Positions 34,591 through 44,360 of a stretch of DNA of 64,000 nucleotides are shown here, piece by piece. The DNA is from Terrimicrobiaceae bacterium (lineage in GTDB: Bacteria; Verrucomicrobiota; Verrucomicrobiia; Chthoniobacterales; Terrimicrobiaceae). Location: NCBI GenBank assembly GCA_033763515.1, contig JANRKJ010000018.1, positions 67,379-131,378 of the forward strand, read 5' to 3'. Each line of letters starts with the position of its first letter. The stretch's first letter is position 1. The notes beneath the pieces are model-generated. The model was not told the DNA's origin. It ran no database searches and saw nothing but the letters and a program-made list of their open reading frames with translations. The translations under genes were made by a program, and so were the position numbers.

Positions 34591-35964
34591 TCAGACGGTC
34601 CGCCTCAGGAACTGACCGCGTCCGCTTTCGCCGACGAAGCGCCCATCCCGAGCGGCGATCCGACCGCGCAATGTCACGACGGACGGTCGGCCTTGGATCT
34701 CCCATCCTTCAAAGGCGTGATAGTCAACCGCCGAGACCTGCGACTCGACACTGAGTTTGCCACGGAACTCCGGATCAAAGACCACCAGATCCGCGTCGGA
34801 GCCAAGTTGGATCGTTCCCTTTCGCGGAAACAGACCAAAGATCTTTGCAGCATTGGTGCTCGCGACATTGACAAAGGTATGCAGGTCCAGGCGACCGGCA
34901 GCCACGCCGTGCGTGTAGAGCAACTTGATGCGGTCCTCGAGCGACGGAATGCCGTTCGGAATCTTCGTGAAGTCGTCACGGCCCATCGGCTTCTGGGTTG
35001 CAAAATCAAAGGGCGCATGGTCGGTGCCGACCGTGTCGACAAGCCCCTGCCGGAGACCGTTCCAGAGGACCTCCTGATTCACACGATCACGCAGCGGCGG
35101 CGACATGACGTATTTCGCACCTTCGAAGTGCGGAAGCTCAGCGTAGGTTTTGTCGAGAACGAGATACTGGATGAGGGTTTCGATGCGGACATCGACGCCG
35201 CGGAGTCTCGCTCGGATCGCCTCCTCGAGTGCCTCGCGGCAACTGAGATGCACGATATAGACGGGCGCACCGGTCTGCTCGGCGAACGTCATCAAATGCT
35301 GCACGCCCTCCGCCTCGACGCGCGGCGGGCGACTTTCATGATGCCATTCCGGACCGGTGCGGCCTTCGGCGAGAAGACGCTTTTGCAGTTCGGCGACCAA
35401 CGTCTCGTTCTCGCAGTGGGCGGTCGTGATCACCCCGAGTTTCTTCGCAAGCGAAAGCGTCTGAAAGAGCTCGCCGTCTTCGATTCCAAACGCACCTTTG
35501 TAAGCCAGGAAGATTTTGAACGACTGGATGCCATCCGCGACAATCTCGCGCAACTGGGATTCCGATTCGGGTCCGAACTGCGTGACGCCCATGTGGAACG
35601 TGTAATCGCAGCAGGCCTTGCCATCGGATTTTTCGCGCCACGTGCGGTAGCCGTCGATGCTCGCCTCGGCGCGCGACGGGCAGCACATGTCAAAGAGCGT
35701 TGTCGTCCCTCCGGCAATCGCACACTGCGTTCCGCTCACGTAGTCATCTTTGGAAAACGTGCCCATGAACGGCAGGTAGATGTGCGTGTGCGGGTCGATG
35801 AAGCCGGGAAAAACATACTTCCCCCGCGCGTCGACGATCTCGGCCCCGGGAGGAACCGGAAGGTCCCGGCCGATCGCGGTGATCGTCTCGTCTTCGCAAT
35901 AGATATCGGCCACGTAGCGGCTGTCACCGGTGACAATATCGCCGTTTTTAATCAGGAGGCTCAT
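34591..35964 (-). CDS. Dihydropyrimidinase / D-hydantoinase
   Basis: MSLLIKNGDIV, FPGFIDPHTHIYLPFMG (metal His-x-His), GGTTT, SFKIFLAYKG (carboxylated Lys context), VHLS, GTDHAP. ATG at 35962-35964. Confidence 0.92.
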   Translation of the reverse strand: MSLLIKNGDIVTGDSRYVADIYCEDETITAIGRDLPVPPGAEIVDARGKYVFPGFIDPHTHIYLPFMGTFSKDDYVSGTQCAIAGGTTTLFDMCCPSRAEASIDGYRTWREKSDGKACCDYTFHMGVTQFGPESESQLREIVADGIQSFKIFLAYKGAFGIEDGELFQTLSLAKKLGVITTAHCENETLVAELQKRLLAEGRTGPEWHHESRPPRVEAEGVQHLMTFAEQTGAPVYIVHLSCREALEEAIRARLRGVDVRIETLIQYLVLDKTYAELPHFEGAKYVMSPPLRDRVNQEVLWNGLRQGLVDTVGTDHAPFDFATQKPMGRDDFTKIPNGIPSLEDRIKLLYTHGVAAGRLDLHTFVNVASTNAAKIFGLFPRKGTIQLGSDADLVVFDPEFRGKLSVESQVSAVDYHAFEGWEIQGRPSVVTLRGRIAARDGRFVGESGRGQFLRRTV

Positions 35965-35974
35965 CGGAGAAACT

Positions 35975-37441
35975 TTAACGCGCCCAAACGTCAGCGTCAC
36001 CAAACCATCTCGACGTCGTCACCTTCTGACGCGTGTAAAATGCAATCGCTTCCTTGCCCTGGATATGGAGGTCGCCGAAAAACGACTCGTTCCACCCGCT
36101 GAACGGAAACATCGCCATTGCGGCCGGAACTCCGACATTGATCCCAACCATGCCGGCTTGGATCCGATGTTTGAATTCCCGCGCGGCGCGACCGGACTTC
36201 GTGAAAATGGCAGCGCCGTTTCCGTAGACGGATTGGTTGGCAATTTCAATCGCGGCATCCAGGTCGTCCATGCGCAGAACACTCAACACCGGCCCGAAAA
36301 TCTCTTCCTTCATGGGCGTCGAACCCGGTAAGACTTGGTCGAGAACGGTCGGACCGACAAAAAATCCGCGCGAGCCCGGCAGCACGTGGCGGCCGTCCGC
36401 CGCGATTTTGGCCCCCTCGCCTTCGCTCTGCGCGATGAGGCGTTCCACCCGATCCCGGTGAGCCGCTGTGATCACCGGACCCATTTGTGCAGACGGATCA
36501 TTGAACGTCGGCCCCACCTTGATCGACCGGGCGGATTCAACCAGGGCTGGAACAATCCGGTCTCCCGCCTCGCCGACCGCGACCGCCATCGAACCGGCCA
36601 TGCACCGCTCACCGGCACAGCCGAACGCAGCCTCCGTGAGTCCGCGGACCGCTTCGTCCACCGGCGCGTCCGGCATGAGGAGAATGAAATTTTTCGCACC
36701 GCCTGCGGCCTGCACGCGCTTGCCATGAGCCGTCCCCTTCAGGAACACCTCCCGGGCCACCGGAGTCGAGCCGACGAACGAAACTGCACGCACCAATGGA
36801 TGCGTCAAAAGAGCGTCCACTGCCTCCCGGCCGCCATGCACCAACTGAAAAACCCCCGGCGGAAGCCCGGCCTCGAGGAGCAACTCGGTCAGACGCACGG
36901 CGGTCAGTGGAACTTTTTCGCTCGGCTTCAGGACGAATGAATTCCCGCAAGCGAGGGCCACCGGGAACATCCACAGCGGGACCATCGCGGGGAAATTGAA
37001 CGGCGTGATCCCGACGCACACACCCAGCGGCTGACGAACGGCTTCGCAATCGATGCCCCGCGCGACATTCTCCAGGGTCTCGCCCATGAGCAGGGAAGGC
37101 GCACTGGTCGCGAATTCGACCATCTGGATCCCGCGGCGCACGTCTCCACGGGCTTCGGTGAGGGTTTTCCCGTGTTCGGTTGCGACCAGCGTGACGAGTT
37201 CTTCCAGATGTTCCTCCAGCAACATTTTGTAACGGAAGAAGACCTGCACCCGGTCGACGACCGGTGTTTCCCACCAATCAACAAAAGCGCCGTCGGCGGC
37301 CCGGACTGCTGAGTCGACCAGGTCCGCTCCAGCCATCGGTGCCTCGGCAATGACTTCACCGAGGGAGGGGTTAAAAACGGGCGAGAGGGCAACACTGTCC
37401 TCCCGCCAGGTTCCATCAACAAAGTGCGGGCATTTGCGCAT
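35975..37441 (-). CDS. mmsA: CoA-acylating methylmalonate/malonate-semialdehyde dehydrogenase
   Basis: Aldehyde dehydrogenase fold with MMSDH-type residues: ITPFNFPAMVPLWMFPVALACGNSFVLKPSE, FGCAGERCMA (catalytic Cys), EEIFGPVL. ATG at 37439-37441, 4 nt after the upstream stop. Confidence 0.9.
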   Translation of the reverse strand: MRKCPHFVDGTWREDSVALSPVFNPSLGEVIAEAPMAGADLVDSAVRAADGAFVDWWETPVVDRVQVFFRYKMLLEEHLEELVTLVATEHGKTLTEARGDVRRGIQMVEFATSAPSLLMGETLENVARGIDCEAVRQPLGVCVGITPFNFPAMVPLWMFPVALACGNSFVLKPSEKVPLTAVRLTELLLEAGLPPGVFQLVHGGREAVDALLTHPLVRAVSFVGSTPVAREVFLKGTAHGKRVQAAGGAKNFILLMPDAPVDEAVRGLTEAAFGCAGERCMAGSMAVAVGEAGDRIVPALVESARSIKVGPTFNDPSAQMGPVITAAHRDRVERLIAQSEGEGAKIAADGRHVLPGSRGFFVGPTVLDQVLPGSTPMKEEIFGPVLSVLRMDDLDAAIEIANQSVYGNGAAIFTKSGRAAREFKHRIQAGMVGINVGVPAAMAMFPFSGWNESFFGDLHIQGKEAIAFYTRQKVTTSRWFGDADVWAR

Positions 37442-37445
37442 CGAC

Positions 37446-38561
37446 TTAGCGCGAGAGGGCTTGGGATTGTTCAACAAACTTGTCTCCGCTCCACTCGCCG
37501 TCGGCCTTGATCATGTTCGAAGCCTTTTGAGCGTCTTTTCGTTCCTTCTGCCGCCGGACGAGGTCGGCATGGGTCGTGAAGTATTCCAGGCTTTTGCCCT
37601 TGAAGTCCTCAAGGGTCGCGAACTGGTGCTTGTCCATGAACGCCAGGAGCTCGTCCTGGAGCGGCTTGACCATTTCGTATCCGAACTTCATCACTCCCGT
37701 GCAGACCTGGACGGTATCGGCACCGAGAAGAATGAACTGCGCCGCGTCTCCGCCGGTCTCCACCCCGCCCATGCCGGAAAGCGTGCGACCTGGGAATTCG
37801 TTTCGAATCAAAGTCGCCACTTCCATGCACATGCGGAGCGCGATCGGCCGCACCGCCTTGGACGAATACCCGCCCGGCGTTGTGTAACCTTCCACGGTCG
37901 GCTCCGGACGGAGCGTTTCGAGATTTACGCCCATGACCGAACGGATGGTGTTAATCGCGCTGATCCCGTGGCAGCCGGCTCTCAGGGCCGCACGCGACGG
38001 GTCTTCGATATGCGTGATATTGGGCGTCATCTTTGCCCACACGGGTTTCTTCGCCGCCGCCATGACCCACGAGCACACTTCCTCCAGAATCTCCGGATCC
38101 TGCCCCATGGCCGCGCCCATTTTCCGTTCAGGCAGCCCGTGCGGGCAGGAAAAATTCAACTCAAATGCATCCACTCCCGCGTCCTGCGAGCGCTCGACGA
38201 TTTCGGTCCATGCGTCGCGATTGTATTCCTCCATGATCGACGCGATCAAAATGCCGTCCGGGTGCATGTCCTTGCACTTTTTGAATTCCTCCAGCCAGAT
38301 CGAGAATGGCCGGTCGCTGATCAACTCGATATTTTCCCATCCGATGATCTCCTTTCCGTCAGCGGCGTGAAGCTTGGCGTAACGGGGCGTCACATTGACC
38401 ACCTTGGACGAGTCGAGGCTCACGGTTTTTGCGATGACCGCACCCCAACCTTCCCGGAACGCGCGGGAGATGACATTGAGATTGGTTCCGGGAGGCCCGG
38501 AGGCGATGACAAACGGGTTCGGCAGTTTCAGTCCGTCGACGGTGGTTTCCAGGGTGGGCAT
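37446..38561 (-). CDS. Dihydropyrimidine dehydrogenase-like flavoenzyme (PreA/PYD1-type DHODH-fold domain only)
   Basis: LKLPNPFVIASGPPGT, FELNFSCPHG (catalytic Cys loop), GISAINT, GGYSSKAVRPIAL, SGMGGVETGGDAAQFILLGADTVQVCT. The 371-aa protein ends in a Cys-free tail, so no ferredoxin-type 4Fe-4S motifs are present. Confidence 0.85.
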   Translation of the reverse strand: MPTLETTVDGLKLPNPFVIASGPPGTNLNVISRAFREGWGAVIAKTVSLDSSKVVNVTPRYAKLHAADGKEIIGWENIELISDRPFSIWLEEFKKCKDMHPDGILIASIMEEYNRDAWTEIVERSQDAGVDAFELNFSCPHGLPERKMGAAMGQDPEILEEVCSWVMAAAKKPVWAKMTPNITHIEDPSRAALRAGCHGISAINTIRSVMGVNLETLRPEPTVEGYTTPGGYSSKAVRPIALRMCMEVATLIRNEFPGRTLSGMGGVETGGDAAQFILLGADTVQVCTGVMKFGYEMVKPLQDELLAFMDKHQFATLEDFKGKSLEYFTTHADLVRRQKERKDAQKASNMIKADGEWSGDKFVEQSQALSR

Positions 38562-38610
38562 GGCAGGTTACAACTTGTAAGGGGTGGAAAGCATTTTCGG
38601 GGCCAAATCT

Positions 38611-39852
38611 TCAGCGTGCGGCGGCCACGCGGTCGATCACTTTCGAAGCGAGACGGTCAAAGGCCAGCACGGCGGCCGTCAGGTCCTCCTCGCGAGTGTC
38701 CTCGATTTTATTGTGGCTGATGCCGTGCAAGCTCTGGACAAACATCATGACGGTGGGAACTCCCGCACGGGCGACCTCGGCGGCATCATGCAGGGGGCCG
38801 GATGGCAGGAGGTGCGACCGCCCGCATGTCTCAAGGATTGCGTCGTCGCAGAGTTGAATCAGATCGGGATCAAACAAAGCCGGTTCGATATGCCAGATCC
38901 GCTCCCAATGCACCGCTACACCGCCTTCATCGGCGAACTGCTCGGAGGCGCGACGCGCATCCCGGAACATGGCGGCCAGTGCCGCCGCGTCGAGATGACG
39001 TTGGTCCAGCGTGATCCGGCAGTCTTCCACGACGCTGGTCACGATGCCGGGTTCCGTTTTGCACGACCCGATCGTGCAGACCCCGCCATGAGCAGCGGCG
39101 ATGCGATAGATTTCAGGACTCATCCGCGCAGCGGCCAGGAAAGCGTCGCGGCGGCGGTTCATCGGCGTGCTGCCCGAATGCGCCGCCTGACCGTGAAAAT
39201 GAACTGCATGTCGTTCGACACCGAATGTGCCCAAGACCGCTCCCAGCGGCAGTCCCATGTCCAGGAGGACCGGCCCCTGTTCGATGTGGAGCTCGATATA
39301 GGCCGCTGCGTTTTTCAACTCGGTTCCCGCGTCCTTGGCGCGCTCCAACTCAATCCCGACGTCGCGGAGTGCATCCGGGAGGGTCACGCCGTCCCGGTCG
39401 ACAAGATTCCGCGCTTCCTCGAGATCGAGTGTTCCCGAGCACGCCGATGATCCGAAGAGGCTCTTGCCGAAGCGCGCCCCCTCTTCGTCAGCCCAGTCGA
39501 CCAGACGAACCGTTACCGCCGGCTCGCCTTGGGACGCAATCCGGCGAAGGATCTCCAGACCCGCCAACACATTCAGGCAACCATCGAGCCATCCGCCATT
39601 CGGCACGGAGTCCATGTGTCCGCCGATCAAAACCTCACGCTGCGCGCGACCGCGGAGGGTTGCCCACAGGTTGCCGGCTGCGTCCTGGTGCACTTCGACG
39701 GGCAACTCCGCGAGTTTTGCGCGCAGCCATTCCCGGGCGCGGAGCCAGACGGGCGTGAATGCGACACGCTGGGCCCCGTTCTCGTCGCCGGTGAGCCGTC
39801 GGAGTTCTTTCAACTCCGATATCGTGCGTTCCGGATTCATTGAATCGATCAT
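38611..39852 (-). CDS. M20-family N-carbamoyl-amino-acid / beta-ureidopropionate amidohydrolase (allantoate amidohydrolase family)
   Basis: GAQRVAFT, DAAGNLWA, IGGHMDSVPNGGWLDG, DWADEEGARFG, HGQAAHSGSTPM, MMFVQSLHGISHN. Confidence 0.88.
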   Translation of the reverse strand: MIDSMNPERTISELKELRRLTGDENGAQRVAFTPVWLRAREWLRAKLAELPVEVHQDAAGNLWATLRGRAQREVLIGGHMDSVPNGGWLDGCLNVLAGLEILRRIASQGEPAVTVRLVDWADEEGARFGKSLFGSSACSGTLDLEEARNLVDRDGVTLPDALRDVGIELERAKDAGTELKNAAAYIELHIEQGPVLLDMGLPLGAVLGTFGVERHAVHFHGQAAHSGSTPMNRRRDAFLAAARMSPEIYRIAAAHGGVCTIGSCKTEPGIVTSVVEDCRITLDQRHLDAAALAAMFRDARRASEQFADEGGVAVHWERIWHIEPALFDPDLIQLCDDAILETCGRSHLLPSGPLHDAAEVARAGVPTVMMFVQSLHGISHNKIEDTREEDLTAAVLAFDRLASKVIDRVAAAR

Positions 39853-39886
39853 TAGAGAAGCCGACGCCTTCCGAAAAGGCTGATAT

Positions 39887-41023
39887 TCAACGCGTCTCCT
39901 GCATGCCCTGCACCTCGCCGGCGTAGCCGGTCATTTCGAGATATCCCCTCGCCCAGATTGGCTGCCCATAGCGCGTGCCCTCGGCTGAAACCGATCCCTC
40001 CCAGTAGATCACCGGATCGGCCGCAAGTTCCTGGGTGTCGAGACGGCTTTCAATTCGCACATCCAGGTTCAACGAAGGAATCCTGAGCGTCCAACCGACC
40101 GGGTAACGGCCCCCGGTCTTCGGACTCGTCCACCAGCGAACCGGCTCGAGGTGGAACGAATCGTTGTCAATTTTGCGGCTCGATCCGTCTTTGGCGACAA
40201 ATGTTCCCGATGAAAACGGGTCACGCCCTCCCGAACGCGTTCGTATCTGGAACAACATCAGATCGGTTCCATCCTCGAACTGCAGGCTGAACCAATCCCA
40301 CCCCTTCTGATCAGCTGTGAGCTGGTTGGTCGCCCACTCATGATCAAACCAACTCCAACCGCGGACTTCGTGCACTCTCCCGCCAATCTCGATCGTGCCC
40401 GTCGTCGCCAGACGCGTGAGCGAATAATAATGGGAGGCCCGACCTTCGCCGGCGCCTTTTTGGCTGACTCCATCACGTCCGTGAAAAACCGGCGGCTTTT
40501 CACTCCGGAGTCGAAGATCGACTTTCACCTCCCCCTCGCGGGCCACGAGATCAAAGTCGTGCGGGCCCACCAGCCGGCATTCCCAATCGCGGATCCAGGC
40601 CAGCCGCGGCCCCTCATCAAAGCCGGCTTCGCCGAAACTGCCGCGAACCAAGCGCTGAAAATGGTGGAACTTTCCGCCGCCAAGATTGCTCACCGCAAAG
40701 TGTGCAAACTTCACATCGCGCCGCCCAAACTCCCCTTCGGCGACCCGCCCGCCCGGTGGAATCACCCCCTGGCGGAAGAACGTCAATTGATAGCCGAAAT
40801 CCCGTGCGTCCGCGTCCGCCAGATTGCCCGTAAAATACCACCACTCGGTTTTGAAGTCCGGGTGACTTCCATGATCCCGCGGAAACTCGTAAGTCCAGCC
40901 CGGCAGCGACAAAGACCATCCATCGGACGCCTGCGCGCTCGCGGCGACAACCAGGACGGCGCAAAAAAAGAGATTTCGCAGCCACGGTGTGCATGCCAGT
41001 CTCGTGTCATGTTCGGAAATCAA
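39887..41023 (-). CDS. AttH/CrtC-like lipocalin-fold secreted protein (hydroxyneurosporene-synthase-like superfamily)
   Basis: FPRDHGSHPDFKTEWWYFTGNL, YQLTFFR, HYYSLTRL, WFDHEW and WDWFSLQ are hallmarks of the AttH-like family. A signal peptide is obtained with the in-frame TTG at 41021-41023 (MISEHDTRLACTPWLRNLFFCAVLVVAASAQA). The rest of the 688-aa ORF lies antisense to the kinase gene. Confidence 0.7.
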   Translation of the reverse strand: MISEHDTRLACTPWLRNLFFCAVLVVAASAQASDGWSLSLPGWTYEFPRDHGSHPDFKTEWWYFTGNLADADARDFGYQLTFFRQGVIPPGGRVAEGEFGRRDVKFAHFAVSNLGGGKFHHFQRLVRGSFGEAGFDEGPRLAWIRDWECRLVGPHDFDLVAREGEVKVDLRLRSEKPPVFHGRDGVSQKGAGEGRASHYYSLTRLATTGTIEIGGRVHEVRGWSWFDHEWATNQLTADQKGWDWFSLQFEDGTDLMLFQIRTRSGGRDPFSSGTFVAKDGSSRKIDNDSFHLEPVRWWTSPKTGGRYPVGWTLRIPSLNLDVRIESRLDTQELAADPVIYWEGSVSAEGTRYGQPIWARGYLEMTGYAGEVQGMQETR

Positions 41024-42310
41024 CCGTTCTGGCTGGCCTTGCTGTTGTGGGGCGGCGGAGAGCGGTTGTCGTTTTCCGAACGGACGAGGCTTTGCCTCAC
41101 CAATGCCGCGGGCTGGGCGATGCTCGTGACCGGGGTGGCCTTCTTTGTTTTCAATGGGATCAGCGGGCGCCATCATCTGCTTCCTTTGAATACGATGCTG
41201 ACTGCCACTGCAGTCGGTGGACTTTTGCTGGCTCGGCTCGGCTCCCGGCGCAGCGCGTTCAGCCTTCTTGCCGGCGGATCGGCCATTGTCTTTGTCATCG
41301 GCGGATACTTCTTTCGCAACGGACTCGAAAATTTTCTGATGATCTCCCTGGCGGCCACGATCTTTATGATCGACTCGCGCTGGGAACGTTGGCTCCTTTG
41401 CATGGTTTACGGGGCCGGGTTCGTCGTCGTCAAACTCTCGAACCATGAGATGGCGGCGGTGGCGGCAGGAATGCGCACCGCGTATGTGGCGAACCTGCTG
41501 GTCTTTGTCTTTTGGATTTGTGGCATGTTCGAGCTCTTCCGCTGGCTGACCACGGACGCTCGGAGAAAAGCCGAAGCCACAAACCAGCAACTGCGTGAAT
41601 CCAACCGGACGAAAGAGGAACTTCTTTCCGTTATCTCCCATGATCTTCGTGGACCGATCGGCGCTCTGCTTCAATCTTTGGAAATGCTCGAAGCCGGCCT
41701 TCTTTCTCCCGAGGAGTTCCGGAAGGTCATTGCCCAGATTCGTGAAGAAACCGGGGCTGTGCACCAATCGCTGGAAAGCCTCCTGATCTGGGCCAAGCGG
41801 TTGCTGCATGAAAAGCCGGAAATCCTCTCCGTCCGCCTCCGGCCGATCGTGGCCGAAACCGAACGCCTGCTGGCGTTGGTGGCCCGTCAGAAAGCCATTT
41901 CGATCCAGAACCGCGTCCGCGAAGACACGGTGGTTCGCGGGGATGCCGGCCACCTTCAGGCGATCTTTCGCAATTTGATTTCAAACGCCATCAAGTTTTC
42001 ACCGCCCGGAGGTGCCGTGGGCATCTCCGCCATGCCAAAAGGGGGGGACTGGCTCATTGAAGTTTCGGATGGCGGTGTCGGAATGACCCCGGAACGCATG
42101 AGGCAGGTGATCGAATCGCCGGTGGCCGACGCTGACTCCGGCACGCAGGCTGAGATCGGGACCGGAGTCGGGCTGCGGCTCTGCCGTGAATTCTTGCGGG
42201 ATTTGAACTCCGACCTTCACCTGGAGAGTGAACCCGGCATTGGAACGCGCGCATTTTTCCGCCTACCGGCCGCTCCCGCAATCAGACCTCAACCGGAACC
42301 ATCCCGCTGA
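41009..42310 (+). CDS. Membrane-embedded sensor histidine kinase (no cognate response regulator nearby)
   Basis: About 5-6 N-terminal TM helices, then HisKA (ELLSVISHDLRGP) and HATPase_c (NLISNAIKF, DGGVGM, GTGVGL). The start at ATG 41009 is tentative. Confidence 0.85.
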   Translation: MFGNQPFWLALLLWGGGERLSFSERTRLCLTNAAGWAMLVTGVAFFVFNGISGRHHLLPLNTMLTATAVGGLLLARLGSRRSAFSLLAGGSAIVFVIGGYFFRNGLENFLMISLAATIFMIDSRWERWLLCMVYGAGFVVVKLSNHEMAAVAAGMRTAYVANLLVFVFWICGMFELFRWLTTDARRKAEATNQQLRESNRTKEELLSVISHDLRGPIGALLQSLEMLEAGLLSPEEFRKVIAQIREETGAVHQSLESLLIWAKRLLHEKPEILSVRLRPIVAETERLLALVARQKAISIQNRVREDTVVRGDAGHLQAIFRNLISNAIKFSPPGGAVGISAMPKGGDWLIEVSDGGVGMTPERMRQVIESPVADADSGTQAEIGTGVGLRLCREFLRDLNSDLHLESEPGIGTRAFFRLPAAPAIRPQPEPSR

Positions 42311-42357
42311 TGCTCTGCAGACGATGATCTCCTGTCCGGCCCCAATCCTCTACAAAC

Positions 42358-43776
42358 ATGGTCCAGGAAACTGAAGAAACCTTCGATCCCCAAACCCAAC
42401 GGTGGGAATCGGATAGTATGGGACGCATTGCCGTTCCCCGCAGCGTTTATTGGGGCGCGCAAACCGCGCGGTCGCTCATCCATTTTCACATCGGAAACGA
42501 CACCAAGCCTCCCGAACTCATCCGGGCGCTCGGAATCCTGAAAAAAGCGGCTGCACTGGCCAATAGCGACCTCGGCAAACTGCCCCCGGAAAAGTGCGAT
42601 TTGATCGCCCGGGCCGCCGACGAGGTGATCGCTGGAAAACTTGACGCCCACTTTCCTCTGCGCATCTGGCAAACCGGTTCCGGCACCCAGAGCAACATGA
42701 ATGCGAATGAGGTGATCTCCAATCGCGCCATCGAACTCGCCGGGGGAGAAATGGGAAGCAAAAGGCCAATCCACCCGAACGACGACGTGAACATGTCGCA
42801 GTCGTCGAACGACACGTTCCCCACCGCCATGTCGATCGCGGCAGCCCTCGCCGTCTCCGAAAACCTTCTGCCGGCCGTGCAGTCGCTCCGCGATGTTTTG
42901 GACGCGAAAGCAAAGGCATTCTCATCGATCGTCAAAATTGGCCGGACCCACCTGCAGGATGCGACGCCATTGACGCTCGGGCAGGAATTCTCCGGCTATG
43001 TCGCCCTCCTCGATCAAGCCATGGACGATCTCCAGCGATCACTCCCGGGCCTTCGTTCTCTCGCGATCGGCGGCACCGCCGTCGGGACCGGTCTCAACGC
43101 CCATCCGGAATTCGGCGACCGCGCCGCGGCTTACATTTCCGAAATCACCGGACATCCGTTTGTCTCCGCCCCGAACAAGTTTGCCGCCCTCTCGGCTCAT
43201 AATGAATTCGTTGTTGCGGGCGGTGCCGTGAAGGCGCTCGCCTGTGCGCTGATGAAAATCGCCAACGACATCCGTTGGCTCGCCTCCGGTCCACGCTGCG
43301 GCCTCGGCGAACTCACCATTCCCGAAAACGAACCCGGATCATCCATCATGCCCGGAAAAGTCAATCCCACCCAGTCGGAAGCGTTGACCATGATCGCCGT
43401 GCAAGTCATGGGCAATGACGCCGCCATCGGATTCGCAGCTTCGCAGGGAAATTTTGAACTCAACGTATTCAAACCCGTCATCATCCATAATTTTCTTCAC
43501 TCCGTCCGCCTGCTTGCCGACGGATGCCGTTCGTTCAACGAACATTGCGCGATCGGAATCGTGCCGAACACGGAGCGGATTGCCGACTACGTGCGGAATT
43601 CCCTGATGTTGGTGACCGCCCTCAATCCCCACATCGGTTATGACAAGGCCGCGCAGATCGCCAAGAAGGCGCACCACGACAAAATCGGACTGCGGGAAGC
43701 CGCCCTCGATTTGGGGTTTGTGAAACCCGAAGACTTCGACCGCTGGGTCGTTGCCGAAAACATGACTCGTCCATGA
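42358..43776 (+). CDS. fumC: Class II fumarate hydratase
   Basis: [16 protein letters not shown] signature and the overall FumC pattern ([20 protein letters not shown]). 472 aa. Confidence 0.95.
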   Translation: MVQETEETFDPQTQRWESDSMGRIAVPRSVYWGAQTARSLIHFHIGNDTKPPELIRALGILKKAAALANSDLGKLPPEKCDLIARAADEVIAGKLDAHFPLRIWQTGSGTQSNMNANEVISNRAIELAGGEMGSKRPIHPNDDVNMSQSSNDTFPTAMSIAAALAVSENLLPAVQSLRDVLDAKAKAFSSIVKIGRTHLQDATPLTLGQEFSGYVALLDQAMDDLQRSLPGLRSLAIGGTAVGTGLNAHPEFGDRAAAYISEITGHPFVSAPNKFAALSAHNEFVVAGGAVKALACALMKIANDIRWLASGPRCGLGELTIPENEPGSSIMPGKVNPTQSEALTMIAVQVMGNDAAIGFAASQGNFELNVFKPVIIHNFLHSVRLLADGCRSFNEHCAIGIVPNTERIADYVRNSLMLVTALNPHIGYDKAAQIAKKAHHDKIGLREAALDLGFVKPEDFDRWVVAENMTRP

Positions 43777-44354
43777 AATCCACCACCCTTGCCCTCCTCC
43801 TCGCCACCGCTATGCTCGCCGCCCAACCGGCTCCTGTCGTCGACGGACTCCTTCCCGATACCGGAGGATCCGGAATTCCGACGATCCCTGTCGCTGAGTC
43901 CACACCCGGTGGAGCCTTGGAGGCGATGCGCGCCATCCCGCCGGATTTTTCCGACGGCATCCTTGTCGTTACCGGCCGGAGCGGCGCTCCCGATCCGTCG
44001 GACTGGATCGTGCTCGCCCGCGAGAATCAGGATGTTTCGACGCTCGAACGTTTTGTTTTGAGAGGAGGCCGTGTCGAGTCACGCAGCACATCGCTCGACG
44101 CCGCCGAGGCATTTCGGGGATCCGATTACATCAACCCTGATGAGGTTGCCGTTGACTCACGCCAGGCTTGGACGATCGCCGTCGGAGCCCTCGAATCCAA
44201 GGGTGCGGCCGCAGCATCGGCCGACTACTCATTGAAAGTGCCGGGCAAGGACGTGGACGGAGTCTGGACCGTGAAAGTGCTCGATGCCAAAGGCAACACC
44301 TTGGGCGAAGTGGAGGTTTCCGCCACGAGCGGAGATGTCCTGCGGTCCCGATAA
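43773..44354 (+). CDS. Secreted hypothetical protein, possible PepSY-like C-terminal domain
   Basis: Signal peptide [19 protein letters not shown]. The C-terminus [27 protein letters not shown] is PepSY-like. The ATG overlaps the fumC stop (ATGA, 43773-43776). Confidence 0.55.
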   Translation: MKSTTLALLLATAMLAAQPAPVVDGLLPDTGGSGIPTIPVAESTPGGALEAMRAIPPDFSDGILVVTGRSGAPDPSDWIVLARENQDVSTLERFVLRGGRVESRSTSLDAAEAFRGSDYINPDEVAVDSRQAWTIAVGALESKGAAAASADYSLKVPGKDVDGVWTVKVLDAKGNTLGEVEVSATSGDVLRSR

Positions 44355-44360
44355 AAAGAA

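Noticed and set aside
34693-38720. Long plus-strand ORFs 34693-36102 and 37350-38720
   Set aside because: They lie antisense to the dihydropyrimidinase, mmsA, DPD-like and amidohydrolase genes, all of which carry strong family motifs. The composition of these ORFs is typical of antisense frames.
41024-41953. N-terminal 310 aa of the 688-aa minus-strand ORF 39887-41953
   Set aside because: This part lies antisense to the histidine kinase (which has clear HisKA/HATPase motifs) and is Arg/Gly/Pro-rich. The AttH-like homology and a signal peptide begin only at about 41023.
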